Shown here piece by piece: positions 18,477 through 28,634 of a DNA stretch of 64,000 bases. The notes beneath the pieces were generated by a model. The model ran no database searches, had not been told where the DNA came from, and saw only the letters and a list, made by a program, of their open reading frames with translations. Within the stretch, counting starts at the first letter, position 1; each line of letters begins with the position of its first letter. This DNA comes from a virus (lineage: Duplodnaviria > Heunggongvirae > Uroviricota > Caudoviricetes), in the IMG/VR virus record IMGVR_UViG_3300044557_000151, positions 59,723 through 123,722 of that record, one strand, 5' to 3'. The translations under genes were made by a program, and so were the position numbers.

Positions 18477-18564
18477 GGAAAGTTACTCAAGTGGCTGAAG
18501 AGGCGCCCCTGCTAAGGGTGTAGGTCGAGAAATCGGCGCATGGGTTCAAACCCCATACTTTCCA
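18477..18564 (+). tRNA. tRNA-Ser(GCT)
   Basis: Class II tRNA. Acceptor GGAAAGT/ACTTTCC, anticodon loop CTGCTAA, long variable arm, T-arm ATGGG-TTCAAAC-CCCAT. Confidence 0.8.
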
Positions 18565-18628
18565 TACGTCACTATCCTTAAGTGGGTACGATGACGTTTA
18601 ATTTAACAACAATATAAGGGGTGGAATT

Positions 18629-19732
18629 TTGGAAGCACAGGAGCTTAAGGATTATCTGTTGGAAGATACAGAGAGAATCCTAAAACTACTTGAGGATTCA
18701 GGATTTCACTCCTTTTCTGTATCATCAGGTGAGATTAGATGCGCCTTGCCTGACGGTGACAATGGACAATCCGTTTCAGTTCGTCTTGAGGAGATGATTC
18801 CCGCAAGTATATTCAGCCGAGATTCTTACCACAGTGATCTATTCGGAATGCTTCAGCAGGTCCGTGATGAGTCATTTGCCGATGTCATGGCGTATATTCA
18901 TGCAAAATTCGGTATATCTAGAAAATACCATAAACAGAAGTTTGATCTACTTTCTCCACTAATGTCCCTGTACTCTGGAGAGAGCGCTAAAACCATAAAG
19001 ACGAATAAGCTTTATGAAAGTTCAATTTTATCGCGCTATATTCATTTACCGCATATTAATTTAATTCAAGAGGGAATTGATCCATCGGTTATTGACAAGT
19101 TCAGAATCTGCTTTGACCCGCAGCAGTCTCGTATTATCTTTCCTCATTATGACTGGAAAGAGCCGGATAAGATTGCTGGTGTAGTGGGACGCACAACTAT
19201 GGATGCTGAATTGGCGCGTAAGCTTGATGTTCCGAAGTATTGGAATTACATAAGCGGATATCTTAAGCGACTGAATCTGTATGGGTATTTAATAGGTAGA
19301 GACACGATTGCCAAGCAGAGAATGATGGTTATTTTCGAAGGTGAGAAGTCGGTACTGAAACAATACACATATACGCATGGTGAGGGCTATAGCGTGAGCG
19401 TTGGTGGTCACGAAATTTCGGAAGAACAAATTGAATTCATTTCGAAAGAGGTTCCTACCGATGTTGAAATAGTCGTTGCGTTCGACCAGGATGTTATCAC
19501 CAACCCGGTCGTATTCGCCCCGATTGTTCGTCAGCTCATGGATTTGACGCTCACGAAAAAGGTCAGCGTCATTACGGATAAGCTAGGATTATTGAAGTCG
19601 AAACAAGCACCGGTCGATAATTATTTTGAAGTCTGGGATTACCTCCTAGATCAGAGGATTACTGTCAATGAGACATATGCACGTAAATTGGAACGAGAAG
19701 CTGAAAAGCTAAAGGAGAAAAAGCATGACTAA
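18629..19732 (+). CDS. TOPRIM-domain primase-like protein
   Basis: MMVIFEGEKSVLKQ (TOPRIM glutamate motif) and VVAFDQDVIT (DxD motif). TTG start after the SD AAGGGGTGG. Confidence 0.5.
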   Translation: MEAQELKDYLLEDTERILKLLEDSGFHSFSVSSGEIRCALPDGDNGQSVSVRLEEMIPASIFSRDSYHSDLFGMLQQVRDESFADVMAYIHAKFGISRKYHKQKFDLLSPLMSLYSGESAKTIKTNKLYESSILSRYIHLPHINLIQEGIDPSVIDKFRICFDPQQSRIIFPHYDWKEPDKIAGVVGRTTMDAELARKLDVPKYWNYISGYLKRLNLYGYLIGRDTIAKQRMMVIFEGEKSVLKQYTYTHGEGYSVSVGGHEISEEQIEFISKEVPTDVEIVVAFDQDVITNPVVFAPIVRQLMDLTLTKKVSVITDKLGLLKSKQAPVDNYFEVWDYLLDQRITVNETYARKLEREAEKLKEKKHD

Positions 19733-20036
19733 ACATTTCGAATTATATGTACGTCCTAATTGGCCTGATTGCCAAAAGACAATTGATTGGTTGGAAAAAC
19801 ATCATCAGCGATATACGGTTTCTGTCATTAATGTTAATGATGTGGATATGAAGCACCGCGAATGGAGTCTTAAGAAGATCAAAGAATTCAAGCAAAAAGG
19901 CTTGTGGAAATTGCCTGTAGTTAAGGCGAATAATGACAACTATATGGGAGAACGTGGTGTTCAAACATGGTGTGGTCTTGATTACAACAAGTTAAAAGCC
20001 AACGCGAAAACGGAAGGAGAACATCAGGTAGCGTGA
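19725..20036 (+). CDS. small thioredoxin-fold (glutaredoxin/NrdH-like) protein
   Basis: 103 aa. LYVRPNWPDCQKTIDWL resembles the N-terminal redox-motif region of NrdH/glutaredoxins. Weak call. Confidence 0.3.
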   Translation: MTKHFELYVRPNWPDCQKTIDWLEKHHQRYTVSVINVNDVDMKHREWSLKKIKEFKQKGLWKLPVVKANNDNYMGERGVQTWCGLDYNKLKANAKTEGEHQVA

Positions 20037-21247
20037 GATACAGTAGAGCGGTCCAAAAGGAACTCGCAAAGGCTTTTGGCGTTGATCGAATTTGGTCATA
20101 CAGCCGAATCAGCACTTTTGTGAATTGCCCTTGGGAATACAAAGTTAAATATATTGACCATGTAAGAGATGCTGGAAATGTCTATTCATTCTATGGGACT
20201 CAATGCCACAATATCATTCAAGGATTCTATGATGGGGTATATACCTACGATCAAATGTCCACTGAATATACCGATTTCGTTCGTCAATGGATGGATGACC
20301 AAGATCATTTCAATTTTCCGAAATCGAAAGATGGATCTGATAAGACCGAAAAGAGTTATATTAAGAATCTGACTCATTATTTCAAGAACACTCAAGTTGT
20401 TGATACTTCGAATGGAATTGAAATTCACAACGAAGAGCCAGTACTTGTTCAGATTCCTAAAGATGACAACCCGGCGGCGTTCGTTCTAGTGGGTTATATT
20501 GACTCGCTATATAAGGATGGCGACGATATCTACCTGTTAGACTACAAAACATCCTCGAAGAGTGGATTCACTGGAAAGAAGCTTATTGAACACTCGCAAC
20601 AATTGCGTCTATATTCAATCGGCATTCATCAACAGAAGGGCATTCCATACGACAAAATTAATCCTCGTTTTGACATGATGAAGTATGTGAAAATCCGGTT
20701 TAAGCAAGAAAATGGTAAGTGGAAGGAGACAATCCAGGAACGGGCATCTTGGGTATCGGGAATTGCCACCAAGCTAAAGACGAAGCTCAAGAAGGCAGGA
20801 CTTGGACCGCTTGAAATTCAACAAGCGATTGATCTTGCAGATGCCCATGGAAATCTGGATAACTTACCGGAATCCGTTCAGAAACAATTCGAAGTTGGCA
20901 ATTGCTATATTGACGTTGAAATCAACGAAGAGATCGCGGCAGAGACTCTCAAGAATCATGCCGACACCATTACTGAAATTATGCGTCGTGAAGCGTGTGA
21001 TCCAGCGACTTATCCAGAAGTGTTTGAACGCGATTTGGCACCATTCCAAAACTCGTTAATGTTTGGGCACATGGCTGAAGCACTCTCTAAGGAAACCATC
21101 GATTACACAGATGATGCTGGAAAGAAACAAGTGTCTAACGTTGTTGATTTAGTATCGTTATTCAAGCCACAGGGGGCAGACAATGGTAAAGAAAAACCAG
21201 AAGAGCCGGGGAACAGTCTTGAACGCCTCGGTTTACATGTATCATAA
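20033..21247 (+). CDS. PD-(D/E)XK family nuclease (RecB/Cas4-like fold)
   Basis: Core motif GYIDSLYKDGDDIYLLDYKTS carries the D...D/ExK catalytic triad of PD-(D/E)XK nucleases. Confidence 0.55.
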   Translation: MRYSRAVQKELAKAFGVDRIWSYSRISTFVNCPWEYKVKYIDHVRDAGNVYSFYGTQCHNIIQGFYDGVYTYDQMSTEYTDFVRQWMDDQDHFNFPKSKDGSDKTEKSYIKNLTHYFKNTQVVDTSNGIEIHNEEPVLVQIPKDDNPAAFVLVGYIDSLYKDGDDIYLLDYKTSSKSGFTGKKLIEHSQQLRLYSIGIHQQKGIPYDKINPRFDMMKYVKIRFKQENGKWKETIQERASWVSGIATKLKTKLKKAGLGPLEIQQAIDLADAHGNLDNLPESVQKQFEVGNCYIDVEINEEIAAETLKNHADTITEIMRREACDPATYPEVFERDLAPFQNSLMFGHMAEALSKETIDYTDDAGKKQVSNVVDLVSLFKPQGADNGKEKPEEPGNSLERLGLHVS

Positions 21248-21431
21248 AAATGAGAAAGAACCACAATTTATTGCTGCGTTGAATAAGAGCGAATTACACA
21301 GTCCAGACTTCAATCAATATGTCGCGGCAGTTACTGAAAAGTTTGGGAAGCAAATTTATGTTAAGATCGATAAAATTGAGTATGCGGTAACACCTCAAGC
21401 GAACGGTTGGTTGCTATATGACAAACACTAA
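21239..21431 (+). CDS. hypothetical small protein
   Basis: Frame of ORF 21183..21431. ATG at 21239. Overlaps the dnaE start. Confidence 0.3.
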
Positions 21432-24400
21432 TGTGTTTATTAACCTACACCAGCATACCGATTATTCTAACGGGTCTATGTTCGAAGTAGTTTCAACAAC
21501 GCAAGATTACATTGATTATGCTAAAGAGCATCAACTTCCGGCTGTGTGCATTACCAATCATGGGAATGTAGTTGGGTGGCTGAAGTCAAAACGTGCAATT
21601 GAAAAGGCCGGGCTGAAATACATTCATGGCATTGAAGCCTACGTTACGATGACCTTAGACGAAAAGATTAAAGATAGCTATCACACAATCTTAATTGCTA
21701 AGAATTATGAAGGTGTCAAAGAGATTAATCGCCTTTCATCTGGAGCATTCAATCGAGACGACAATCATTACTATTTCAAGCCACGCATCCTATTCGATGA
21801 TTTGGTAAAGACTAGCGATAATGTGATTGTAACTACAGCCTGCTTAGGCGGTGCAATTTGGCAGAGTATTAGCCATAACCAACCAGACGTCCTTACAAAA
21901 TGGCTTGAATTTGCTCAAGCAAACCCGGATCGTGTTTATCTTGAGGTCCAACCTCATATGGATGACGACCAAAAGGCGCTTAACAAAGCTCTGTTAGAAA
22001 TCGCAAAGACGTCTAGTTTAAAGCTGATTGCAAGTAACGATGTCCACGCCGCAACTCAAGAACACAATACCATTCGTCAAATCATTAAGAAGGGCAAAGG
22101 CATTGAGTATGAAGGTGATGACGCATTTGAATTATGGTCTAAAGACTACGATGAGATGTACGCCGGATTCAAAGCTCAAGGTGTTCTAAGCGACGAACAA
22201 ATCAATGACGCGTTAACTCAAACTGCCAAGATTGTACAACAGGTCGAAGAGTTTGAAGTTGACCGTACAGCCAAGTATCCTCACGTTTCTGATAATCCAG
22301 ATCAAGAGTTGCTAGACTCGATTCAGAAGGGCTATCACGAGCATGGTTTAGATCAGTTACCAATTGATGACCAGCAGGTTTACCTGCAACGCATTCAGCA
22401 CGAGGTTGAAACGTTCCGTCATAACGGAGCGGTCGAATACATGGTTTTGGACAACATGGTTGCCCAAGAGGCTCATCGTCAAGGTCGTCAGTTTGGATAC
22501 GGTCGTGGTTCCGCCGCCGGTTCGTTAGTTATGTTCCTAACTGGAGAAACTGCGGTTGATCCAATCAAATGGGGATTAAGCTTTGAGCGCTTCATGAACC
22601 CCGAACGAGTATCCCTAGCCGATGTGGACAGAGACTTCGAGAGTGTCGATCAACAGGCGATGCAGAGGTGGTTGGTTCACAACCCAAGCTTCCATTCAGC
22701 CGCAATCATGACTATTAATACTTTCGGACTCAAAAGCGCTATTCCAGCCTTGGCAAATGGTATGCCTGAATACGCCGGAAAGAAGTCTATGATCGAGTCC
22801 ATTAAGAGTTCGATTGCCGATGATGGTAGTTATGCACCCAAGCTTCGCGCCCAGAACGAAAAACTATTCCAATATGCTGAGGCGATTATGGGCGTGACCT
22901 CATCATTTGGTCGTCACGCAGCGGGCATTCTCGTTAGCTCAGATCAAATTGATGAGACTGTTGGCACAATGACGCTGAAGACTAGCACTAGTCCAGACGT
23001 GTATCTAACAACTCAACTCGATATGGGCGACATCGAATACATGAAGTATGTAAAGATGGACATCCTTGGTCTGGATAATGTCGGATTGATTAAGAAGGCG
23101 TGTGATTACGCAGGCTTACCATATTTGACACCAGAAAGTACGGACATCATCGATCCAGAAGATGAAGCCGTTTGGAATTCATTAACCGAAAGCACAATCG
23201 GGATCTTCCAATTTGAAGGCGAACGTGCTGAAAACTTCCTTCAGAAACTTTTCTCCAAGGAGACGATGGCAAAAATTAAGGCTGGAGACCCAGATATCAA
23301 GATGATGGATATGTTGTCTTTGGCAAACGCCGCAATGCGTCCAGCTGGGGCAAGTTATATCGAATCGTTAACTCGTGGTGAATTCTATGACAACGGTCAT
23401 CCAGCACTGAACAAGTTCCTTGGGAAAACAATGGGACGTTTAGTTTATCAAGAGAGTTTGATTGAGTTTTTGGAAAAGTTCTGCGGTTACACAGCAGGGA
23501 AGGCGGACATTATCAGAAGAGGTATAGGCCACAAGATTCCCGCTGTTATGAATGAAGAGGTCCCAAAAATCAAACCCGCGTTTGTAAAGACTATGGTTAA
23601 TAAATATGGTGATACGAAAGAGCACGCCGAATCGATTGCTGATGCTTTTATTCAAGTGTTCATGGACGCTGCCAACTATGGGTTCTCCGTCAACCATTCA
23701 ACACCATATTCGTGGATTGGTTACATCTCCGCTTGGTTGCGTTACTACTATCCAATTGAATTCATCACTGCTGGTCTTGAAATCTGGAAAGATAAGCCAG
23801 AAAAGACTAACAAGCTGATCCAGTACGCACAATCAAAGGGTATTACGATTCAGACTCCTAAGTTTCGTAAGTCTAAGGGGGCATACTTCTTTGACAAAGA
23901 AACTAACGTGATTTATCAAGGAACCGCCCCAATCAAGGAAAACAACGCACAAACCGGTGATACGCTGTACGAACTGAAAGACGACAAATTTAACACGTTC
24001 ACCGACTTTTTGTTAAAGATTACCGATAACGGGGTCGTCACCGATCACGGAGTTGGCTATGAATCATTTGAGTCAACGTTTAATCGCTATCAAGATAATG
24101 AAGACGCAATCAAAGACCTAGACAAGATGATTAGGGCTCAGGATATGTTTGTTGAATCAAATCCAATGTCGATTAATAAGAGTCAGATGGAAGGATTGAT
24201 TTCCATTGATTATTTCGCTGAGTTCGGTAAACGGGACAAGCTGATGAAGATTTATACGTATTTCCGAGACAATTATAAGAAGACTGCCAAGACGATGAAG
24301 ACAAAGTTTAAGAAGTATTGGATGATTCGTGACTTCGAATCGTCCTGTGCAGATGAGGACTTTTCATATAATCGGACTGTTCAGGCTGAGTTGTATTACT

Positions 24401-24711
24401 TCGGTGCCCCCGTATCAGTCGATAAGACTGTCCCTACGAACTATGCGTTTATTGTGGGCGTTGAAGCTAAGTCATATCGTGTAAAAGCAGCGTTGTATAT
24501 CCCATCAACTGGAGACACGGTTAACGTGCTAATGCGTGCCCGACTATATCGTGACGTTCCATTTGGTGTAGGCGATTTAATCAACATCAAGAGTCTAGCA
24601 TCTAAACCACGCAACGTAAATGTGGATGGAGAATGGGTGGCAAGTAAAACCGAAAGCGATGTTTGGCTTGAACACCTTGAAATCATCAAGAAAAAAGAAG
24701 GTAAAAAATGA
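21418..24711 (+). CDS. dnaE: DNA polymerase III alpha subunit (DnaE-type, PHP domain N-terminus)
   Basis: 1097 aa. N-terminal PHP motif INLHQHTDYS. GYGRGSAAGSLV polymerase core motif. HhH and OB regions follow. Confidence 0.9.
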   Translation: MTNTNVFINLHQHTDYSNGSMFEVVSTTQDYIDYAKEHQLPAVCITNHGNVVGWLKSKRAIEKAGLKYIHGIEAYVTMTLDEKIKDSYHTILIAKNYEGVKEINRLSSGAFNRDDNHYYFKPRILFDDLVKTSDNVIVTTACLGGAIWQSISHNQPDVLTKWLEFAQANPDRVYLEVQPHMDDDQKALNKALLEIAKTSSLKLIASNDVHAATQEHNTIRQIIKKGKGIEYEGDDAFELWSKDYDEMYAGFKAQGVLSDEQINDALTQTAKIVQQVEEFEVDRTAKYPHVSDNPDQELLDSIQKGYHEHGLDQLPIDDQQVYLQRIQHEVETFRHNGAVEYMVLDNMVAQEAHRQGRQFGYGRGSAAGSLVMFLTGETAVDPIKWGLSFERFMNPERVSLADVDRDFESVDQQAMQRWLVHNPSFHSAAIMTINTFGLKSAIPALANGMPEYAGKKSMIESIKSSIADDGSYAPKLRAQNEKLFQYAEAIMGVTSSFGRHAAGILVSSDQIDETVGTMTLKTSTSPDVYLTTQLDMGDIEYMKYVKMDILGLDNVGLIKKACDYAGLPYLTPESTDIIDPEDEAVWNSLTESTIGIFQFEGERAENFLQKLFSKETMAKIKAGDPDIKMMDMLSLANAAMRPAGASYIESLTRGEFYDNGHPALNKFLGKTMGRLVYQESLIEFLEKFCGYTAGKADIIRRGIGHKIPAVMNEEVPKIKPAFVKTMVNKYGDTKEHAESIADAFIQVFMDAANYGFSVNHSTPYSWIGYISAWLRYYYPIEFITAGLEIWKDKPEKTNKLIQYAQSKGITIQTPKFRKSKGAYFFDKETNVIYQGTAPIKENNAQTGDTLYELKDDKFNTFTDFLLKITDNGVVTDHGVGYESFESTFNRYQDNEDAIKDLDKMIRAQDMFVESNPMSINKSQMEGLISIDYFAEFGKRDKLMKIYTYFRDNYKKTAKTMKTKFKKYWMIRDFESSCADEDFSYNRTVQAELYYFGAPVSVDKTVPTNYAFIVGVEAKSYRVKAALYIPSTGDTVNVLMRARLYRDVPFGVGDLINIKSLASKPRNVNVDGEWVASKTESDVWLEHLEIIKKKEGKK

Positions 24712-25040
24712 ACTATACCGCAAAGGTAACACGCGTGTTATATCGCCAAGACGATGAGCTAACACGAAAGCTAATTAACGCATATGCAAATGTGCGTTGG
24801 TTGGAATCAGAAAAGCGCGATCAAAAACACGAAGTCCGTATGACGTTTGATGCGATGGTAAGACGTGTGTTGGATACCAACCAAGTCGTTATTGTCCAAG
24901 TATTGAAGGATGAAGATGATAATCAACTGTTGCGCTTCATCGAATTTGACATCGTCAACGAAGGTCACGTTTATGAGATTGCGTCTTTAGACGTTCAGGA
25001 TGGATTACCAAATGTTGGTGTGTTAGAGGTGGAGGATTAA
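24708..25040 (+). CDS. hypothetical protein
   Basis: ORF track 110 aa. ATGA overlap with dnaE. Confidence 0.45.
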   Translation: MNYTAKVTRVLYRQDDELTRKLINAYANVRWLESEKRDQKHEVRMTFDAMVRRVLDTNQVVIVQVLKDEDDNQLLRFIEFDIVNEGHVYEIASLDVQDGLPNVGVLEVED

Positions 25041-25819
25041 TGGCAATGAAAATGATGACAACGAAGACATTTCAAAAGAAAATCGATGATAAATACAATC
25101 ACAAGTTTTTACTCATTGATGATGAATCTGAGACAATTCCTGTAAAAGCAGTCAGAAAACTGTACTGTAGATCGTGCGGGTTAGTCCAGGAATTTCAAGT
25201 TAGGAGATTACTTGTAAAAGAGTATGAGTGCCCGAAGTGTAGACGTAATGAGGCTTTGAGCGGGTGGAACAATCAGAATGATTATTGGCGCACCGTAAAA
25301 GATTATGAAGGGGTGTATGAAGTTTCTCGAAGGGGTGAGGTGCGAACACTTCCTCGGTTACTTAGAAGTAGAAATGGAACACTTTCGTTTGAATCGTCAA
25401 AAATGCTCGTACCAAATCCTGGGAGACGAGGATATCTAAGATATGTTTTATCGATGAGCGGAAAAACCACGCTTCGTTCGGCACACAGAATGGTCGCGGA
25501 TGCGTTTATTCCAAACCCACATAACCTTCCGCAAGTTAACCATATCGACGAGAATAAGACCAACAATTGTGTTGAGAATCTGGAATGGTGTTCAGCCAAA
25601 TATAATTGCAACTTCGGCACAAGAATTGCAAGAATTTCTAAAAACCGTAGAATGTATCGTAATATCATTGCGGTAGATACAGATGGGAATAAAACGAGTT
25701 TTGAAAACGTAAAGGATTTTTGCAAAAAGACAGGAGCAAACAGTTCTTGGGCTCGCGAATGTTTATTGAAGAAGACCGGTACGTGCCGGGGTTATAAACT
25801 TATGATTGGAGTTAATTAA
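25040..25819 (+). CDS. HNH homing endonuclease with N-terminal zinc finger
   Basis: YEGVYEVSRRGEV (NUMOD4 motif) and VNHIDENKTNNCVENLEW (HNH motif). N-terminal CRSCG...CPKC. Confidence 0.7.
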   Translation: MAMKMMTTKTFQKKIDDKYNHKFLLIDDESETIPVKAVRKLYCRSCGLVQEFQVRRLLVKEYECPKCRRNEALSGWNNQNDYWRTVKDYEGVYEVSRRGEVRTLPRLLRSRNGTLSFESSKMLVPNPGRRGYLRYVLSMSGKTTLRSAHRMVADAFIPNPHNLPQVNHIDENKTNNCVENLEWCSAKYNCNFGTRIARISKNRRMYRNIIAVDTDGNKTSFENVKDFCKKTGANSSWARECLLKKTGTCRGYKLMIGVN

Positions 25820-26400
25820 TGGCGAAATTTATATATCGTTATGCCGCGATGTCGGCTGGCAAGTCCTTAGATCTATTGAAAGTTGCGCATAATTACAAGG
25901 ATCAAGGACGAGAAGTCCTGCTAATGACTCCGGCAATTGACACGCGCAATGGTGAAGGGGTTATCAGCAGCCGCGTTGGATTACAATCAAAAGCAATCGC
26001 GTTATCTGTAGAGGATTCACCAGTAAAGATGTTGAATGCTCTAAATAATCCATTACCGGATTGCATCCTTGTTGATGAGGCACAATTCCTGACGAGCGCA
26101 CAAGTAGATGACTTCGCCTGGATTGTTGATTTTTTGAACATTCCGGTGATTTGCTACGGACTTAGAACTGATTTTCAAGGCAATCTTTTTGAGGGCAGTC
26201 AAGCGCTAATGTGTTTAGCTGACAGCATTGAAGAAATCAAAACAATCTGCGCTAAATGCAATCATAAGGCAATTATGAACCTTCGAACCGTAAATGGGAA
26301 ACCAGTTACTGAAGGAGATCAAATTGTCATTGGCGATACCGAATATATCAGCCTTTGTCGCAAACATTGGAAAGAAGCTACAAATTCTTTGCCATTTTAG
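25819..26400 (+). CDS. tdk: thymidine kinase
   Basis: P-loop AAMSAGKS. C-terminal zinc ribbon CAKCNHKAIMNLR...LCRKHW. Typical 193-aa Tdk. Confidence 0.9.
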   Translation: MAKFIYRYAAMSAGKSLDLLKVAHNYKDQGREVLLMTPAIDTRNGEGVISSRVGLQSKAIALSVEDSPVKMLNALNNPLPDCILVDEAQFLTSAQVDDFAWIVDFLNIPVICYGLRTDFQGNLFEGSQALMCLADSIEEIKTICAKCNHKAIMNLRTVNGKPVTEGDQIVIGDTEYISLCRKHWKEATNSLPF

Positions 26401-26401
26401 G

Positions 26402-26464
26402 TAGACAAACACTAATGCGTTTAGTATACTAATACTCGTAAGTTAAACAAACACTAATGTGTTT
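26402..26464 (+). promoter_or_regulatory. promoter-operator unit
   Basis: TAGACA-N17-TATACT at 26402..26430. Second palindrome copy AAACACTAATGTGTTT at 26449..26464. Confidence 0.6.
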
Positions 26465-26579
26465 ATTGGAGGGTGCTAGTCGAGAAAACTCGTTACTTTA
26501 GTGACGAGATGAATCAACGTATTGGGCAATCACCGGTGTAGTGTTCTAATAGCGTACCATAGGGTACACGGGAAAGGAG

Positions 26580-27731
26580 ATGATAAATATTGTTTTAAAA
26601 GGCATTAAACTAAGAATATACCCTAGCAAAGAGCAACAGCTAAGTATAAAGCTTAACTTTGGATATAACCGATTTGTTTGGAATCAGATGCTGGGTATGT
26701 TACAAGAAAGATATGCTAATAACCCTAAGCTATCTTTTCCTAGCGCCTTTACTTTAAATAACTTGTTACCAACAATGAAGATAGAATATTCTTGGCTTAA
26801 CGATGCTGAAAGTCGTAGCTTACAAATAACCTGTAAAAACTTAGTTGATGCTTACAAGAAGTTCTTTAAGACCCATAAGGGGTTTCCTAAGTTTAAATCA
26901 AAGAAGTATCCTAAGCAAAGCTACCAAACAAATTCTACAATAAAGCTAAAGGCCAACGAAGTTAAGTTTCCGAAATTAGGCTATATGAAGTTTAAAGGTA
27001 GTAGCAAAAAACTAAATGAGATTACTAAGATTAAGCTAGGAACTATTAAACTTACACCTACTGGTAAATACTATCTTGTACTGATTGCAGAGTGTGAAAA
27101 CCAAGCACTCCCTAAATCAGGAAATCAAGTAGGTATTGATATGGGGTTAGCTGATTTGATGATTACTAGTGACGGTGTAAAGTATCCTACTTTAAGATTT
27201 GACAAGATACTAGCTAAGAAAAAACGTTACTGGGAAAAGCGTTTAGCTCGTAGACGACTTCAAGCTCAAAAAGAGATTGCTTGGGATAAGCATAATAAGG
27301 TATTAAATCCTAGGGAACTTTCCAACTTTAAAAACTATCAGAAAGCAAAGCTAATGGTTGCTAAGTATTCAGAAAAAATAGCTAACCAGCGTAAAAACTA
27401 CCTTCATATGCTTTCAAAACAGCTTGTATCACAATATGATGTGATTAAGATAGAAGATTTGAAAACCAAGAATCTTCTTAAGAATCATAAGTTATCTAGA
27501 GCAATAGCTAATGCAAGTTGGAAAGAACTTAGAAGACAACTAGAGTACAAGTGCTTATGGTATGGGAAACAGTTAGTCACTGTGAACCCTAGAAAAACCT
27601 CACAAATATGTTCTAGTTGTGGCTATGATGACGGTAAGCATACCTTAGATATTAGAGAGTGGACATGTCCCAAGTGTGGTGTTCACCACGACAGGGACAT
27701 TAACGCGGCTATCAATATCTTAAATGCTTAA
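26580..27731 (+). CDS. tnpB: TnpB RNA-guided endonuclease
   Basis: N-terminal KLRIYPSKEQ...FGYNRFVWNQ. RuvC-I GIDMG and RuvC-II IEDLKTK. C-terminal CSSCG...CPKCG zinc finger followed by RuvC-III DRDINAAINIL. Confidence 0.9.
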   Translation: MINIVLKGIKLRIYPSKEQQLSIKLNFGYNRFVWNQMLGMLQERYANNPKLSFPSAFTLNNLLPTMKIEYSWLNDAESRSLQITCKNLVDAYKKFFKTHKGFPKFKSKKYPKQSYQTNSTIKLKANEVKFPKLGYMKFKGSSKKLNEITKIKLGTIKLTPTGKYYLVLIAECENQALPKSGNQVGIDMGLADLMITSDGVKYPTLRFDKILAKKKRYWEKRLARRRLQAQKEIAWDKHNKVLNPRELSNFKNYQKAKLMVAKYSEKIANQRKNYLHMLSKQLVSQYDVIKIEDLKTKNLLKNHKLSRAIANASWKELRRQLEYKCLWYGKQLVTVNPRKTSQICSSCGYDDGKHTLDIREWTCPKCGVHHDRDINAAINILNA

Positions 27732-27854
27732 ATGACTAGTGTGGGCTGGAACAGCCCTTAGTAAATAGTCGTAACCGCTACACCTCATTCAACGAATGAA
27801 GTGCAAGTCAGCGATGTTCCTAGAAGCTCGGTCATTCATGGCCGAGTAGTTCAC
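27732..27854 (+). ncRNA. putative omega-RNA scaffold / IS right end
   Basis: Structured segment 3' of tnpB with hairpins. Conserved with the other two right-end copies (GTTCC-AGAAGCTCGGTCATTCATGGCCGAGTAGTTCAC). Confidence 0.45.
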
Positions 27855-28015
27855 TCAGCAGTCCATCATTCATTCAAAATCTTACCTTTGACCTTATGAA
27901 TGATGGCTACTATGTTCACTACTTTGGAATTCAAGGTGAAGTTGGGATTCCATTCTCTGTCGGCGGTAAGCGGGGCGTTAAATTTAGCGTCTCAAGTATG
28001 GTTTAGGAGGCTATC

Positions 28016-28204
28016 ATGAGGATTCGAGATTTCTTGGATTATGTGATTGGTAAGAACGTGAGTGAAGATGCTGAATTAAATGTCATCAATAAATCTGGTG
28101 AGATGGAAAAGGCTAAATTCATTATTGACGGGGAGAATGGCGAAAAGATTGCATTCTATCCTTGCTCCTTTGCTACATATGAACAACAAAAAGGGGAACT
28201 ATGA
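28016..28204 (+). CDS. hypothetical protein
   Basis: ORF track 62 aa. RBS GGAGG upstream. Confidence 0.35.
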   Translation: MRIRDFLDYVIGKNVSEDAELNVINKSGEMEKAKFIIDGENGEKIAFYPCSFATYEQQKGEL

Positions 28205-28359
28205 AACCTAAACGTAAGCACTACGGTCATGGTACGAAACGATACGACAAACAAAAATTAGCCAAGCTTGTTGATCGTGTGTCAAAAGAAGATAAGAAAG
28301 AGATTGCCCCAATCAAACGCTGGCGTTTGTGGTGGCGCATGGTTGAGGGGAAATATTAA
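28201..28359 (+). CDS. hypothetical small basic protein
   Basis: 52-aa ORF not in the track (below 60 aa). ATGA overlap upstream and TAATG overlap downstream, so it fits the gene chain. Confidence 0.3.
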   Translation: MKPKRKHYGHGTKRYDKQKLAKLVDRVSKEDKKEIAPIKRWRLWWRMVEGKY

Positions 28360-28634
28360 TGATTAGCAAACAGAAACTTCAAGAGCAGGCCGATCGTATT
28401 CGAAATAACCGAATCAAAAGTATGCAACAACGAATTGAAACCCGAATGGTGAATGCTTTGGCGGAAGATCGAAAATCAATCGTTATCTACCGAAAAGAAG
28501 ACTCCGATTTATATACCGCGCTCAGCTTAGGGCTCATCTCATCAGACCCATATCGTATGGAACCATGCCTCAAGAATGGTAACGATGGACTCGTAATTTA
28601 TTTCGACTTGGATGGTGAAGACGATGGAAACTAG
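28359..28634 (+). CDS. hypothetical protein
   Basis: ORF track 91 aa. Confidence 0.4.
   Translation: MISKQKLQEQADRIRNNRIKSMQQRIETRMVNALAEDRKSIVIYRKEDSDLYTALSLGLISSDPYRMEPCLKNGNDGLVIYFDLDGEDDGN

Larger units (their letters stand above)
26470..27854 (+). mobile_element. IS200/IS605-family element encoding TnpB only (IS1341-like)
   Basis: Left-end hairpins at 26488..26568, tnpB at 26580..27731, right end with hairpins terminating in GAGTAGTTCAC at 27854. Confidence 0.6.
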
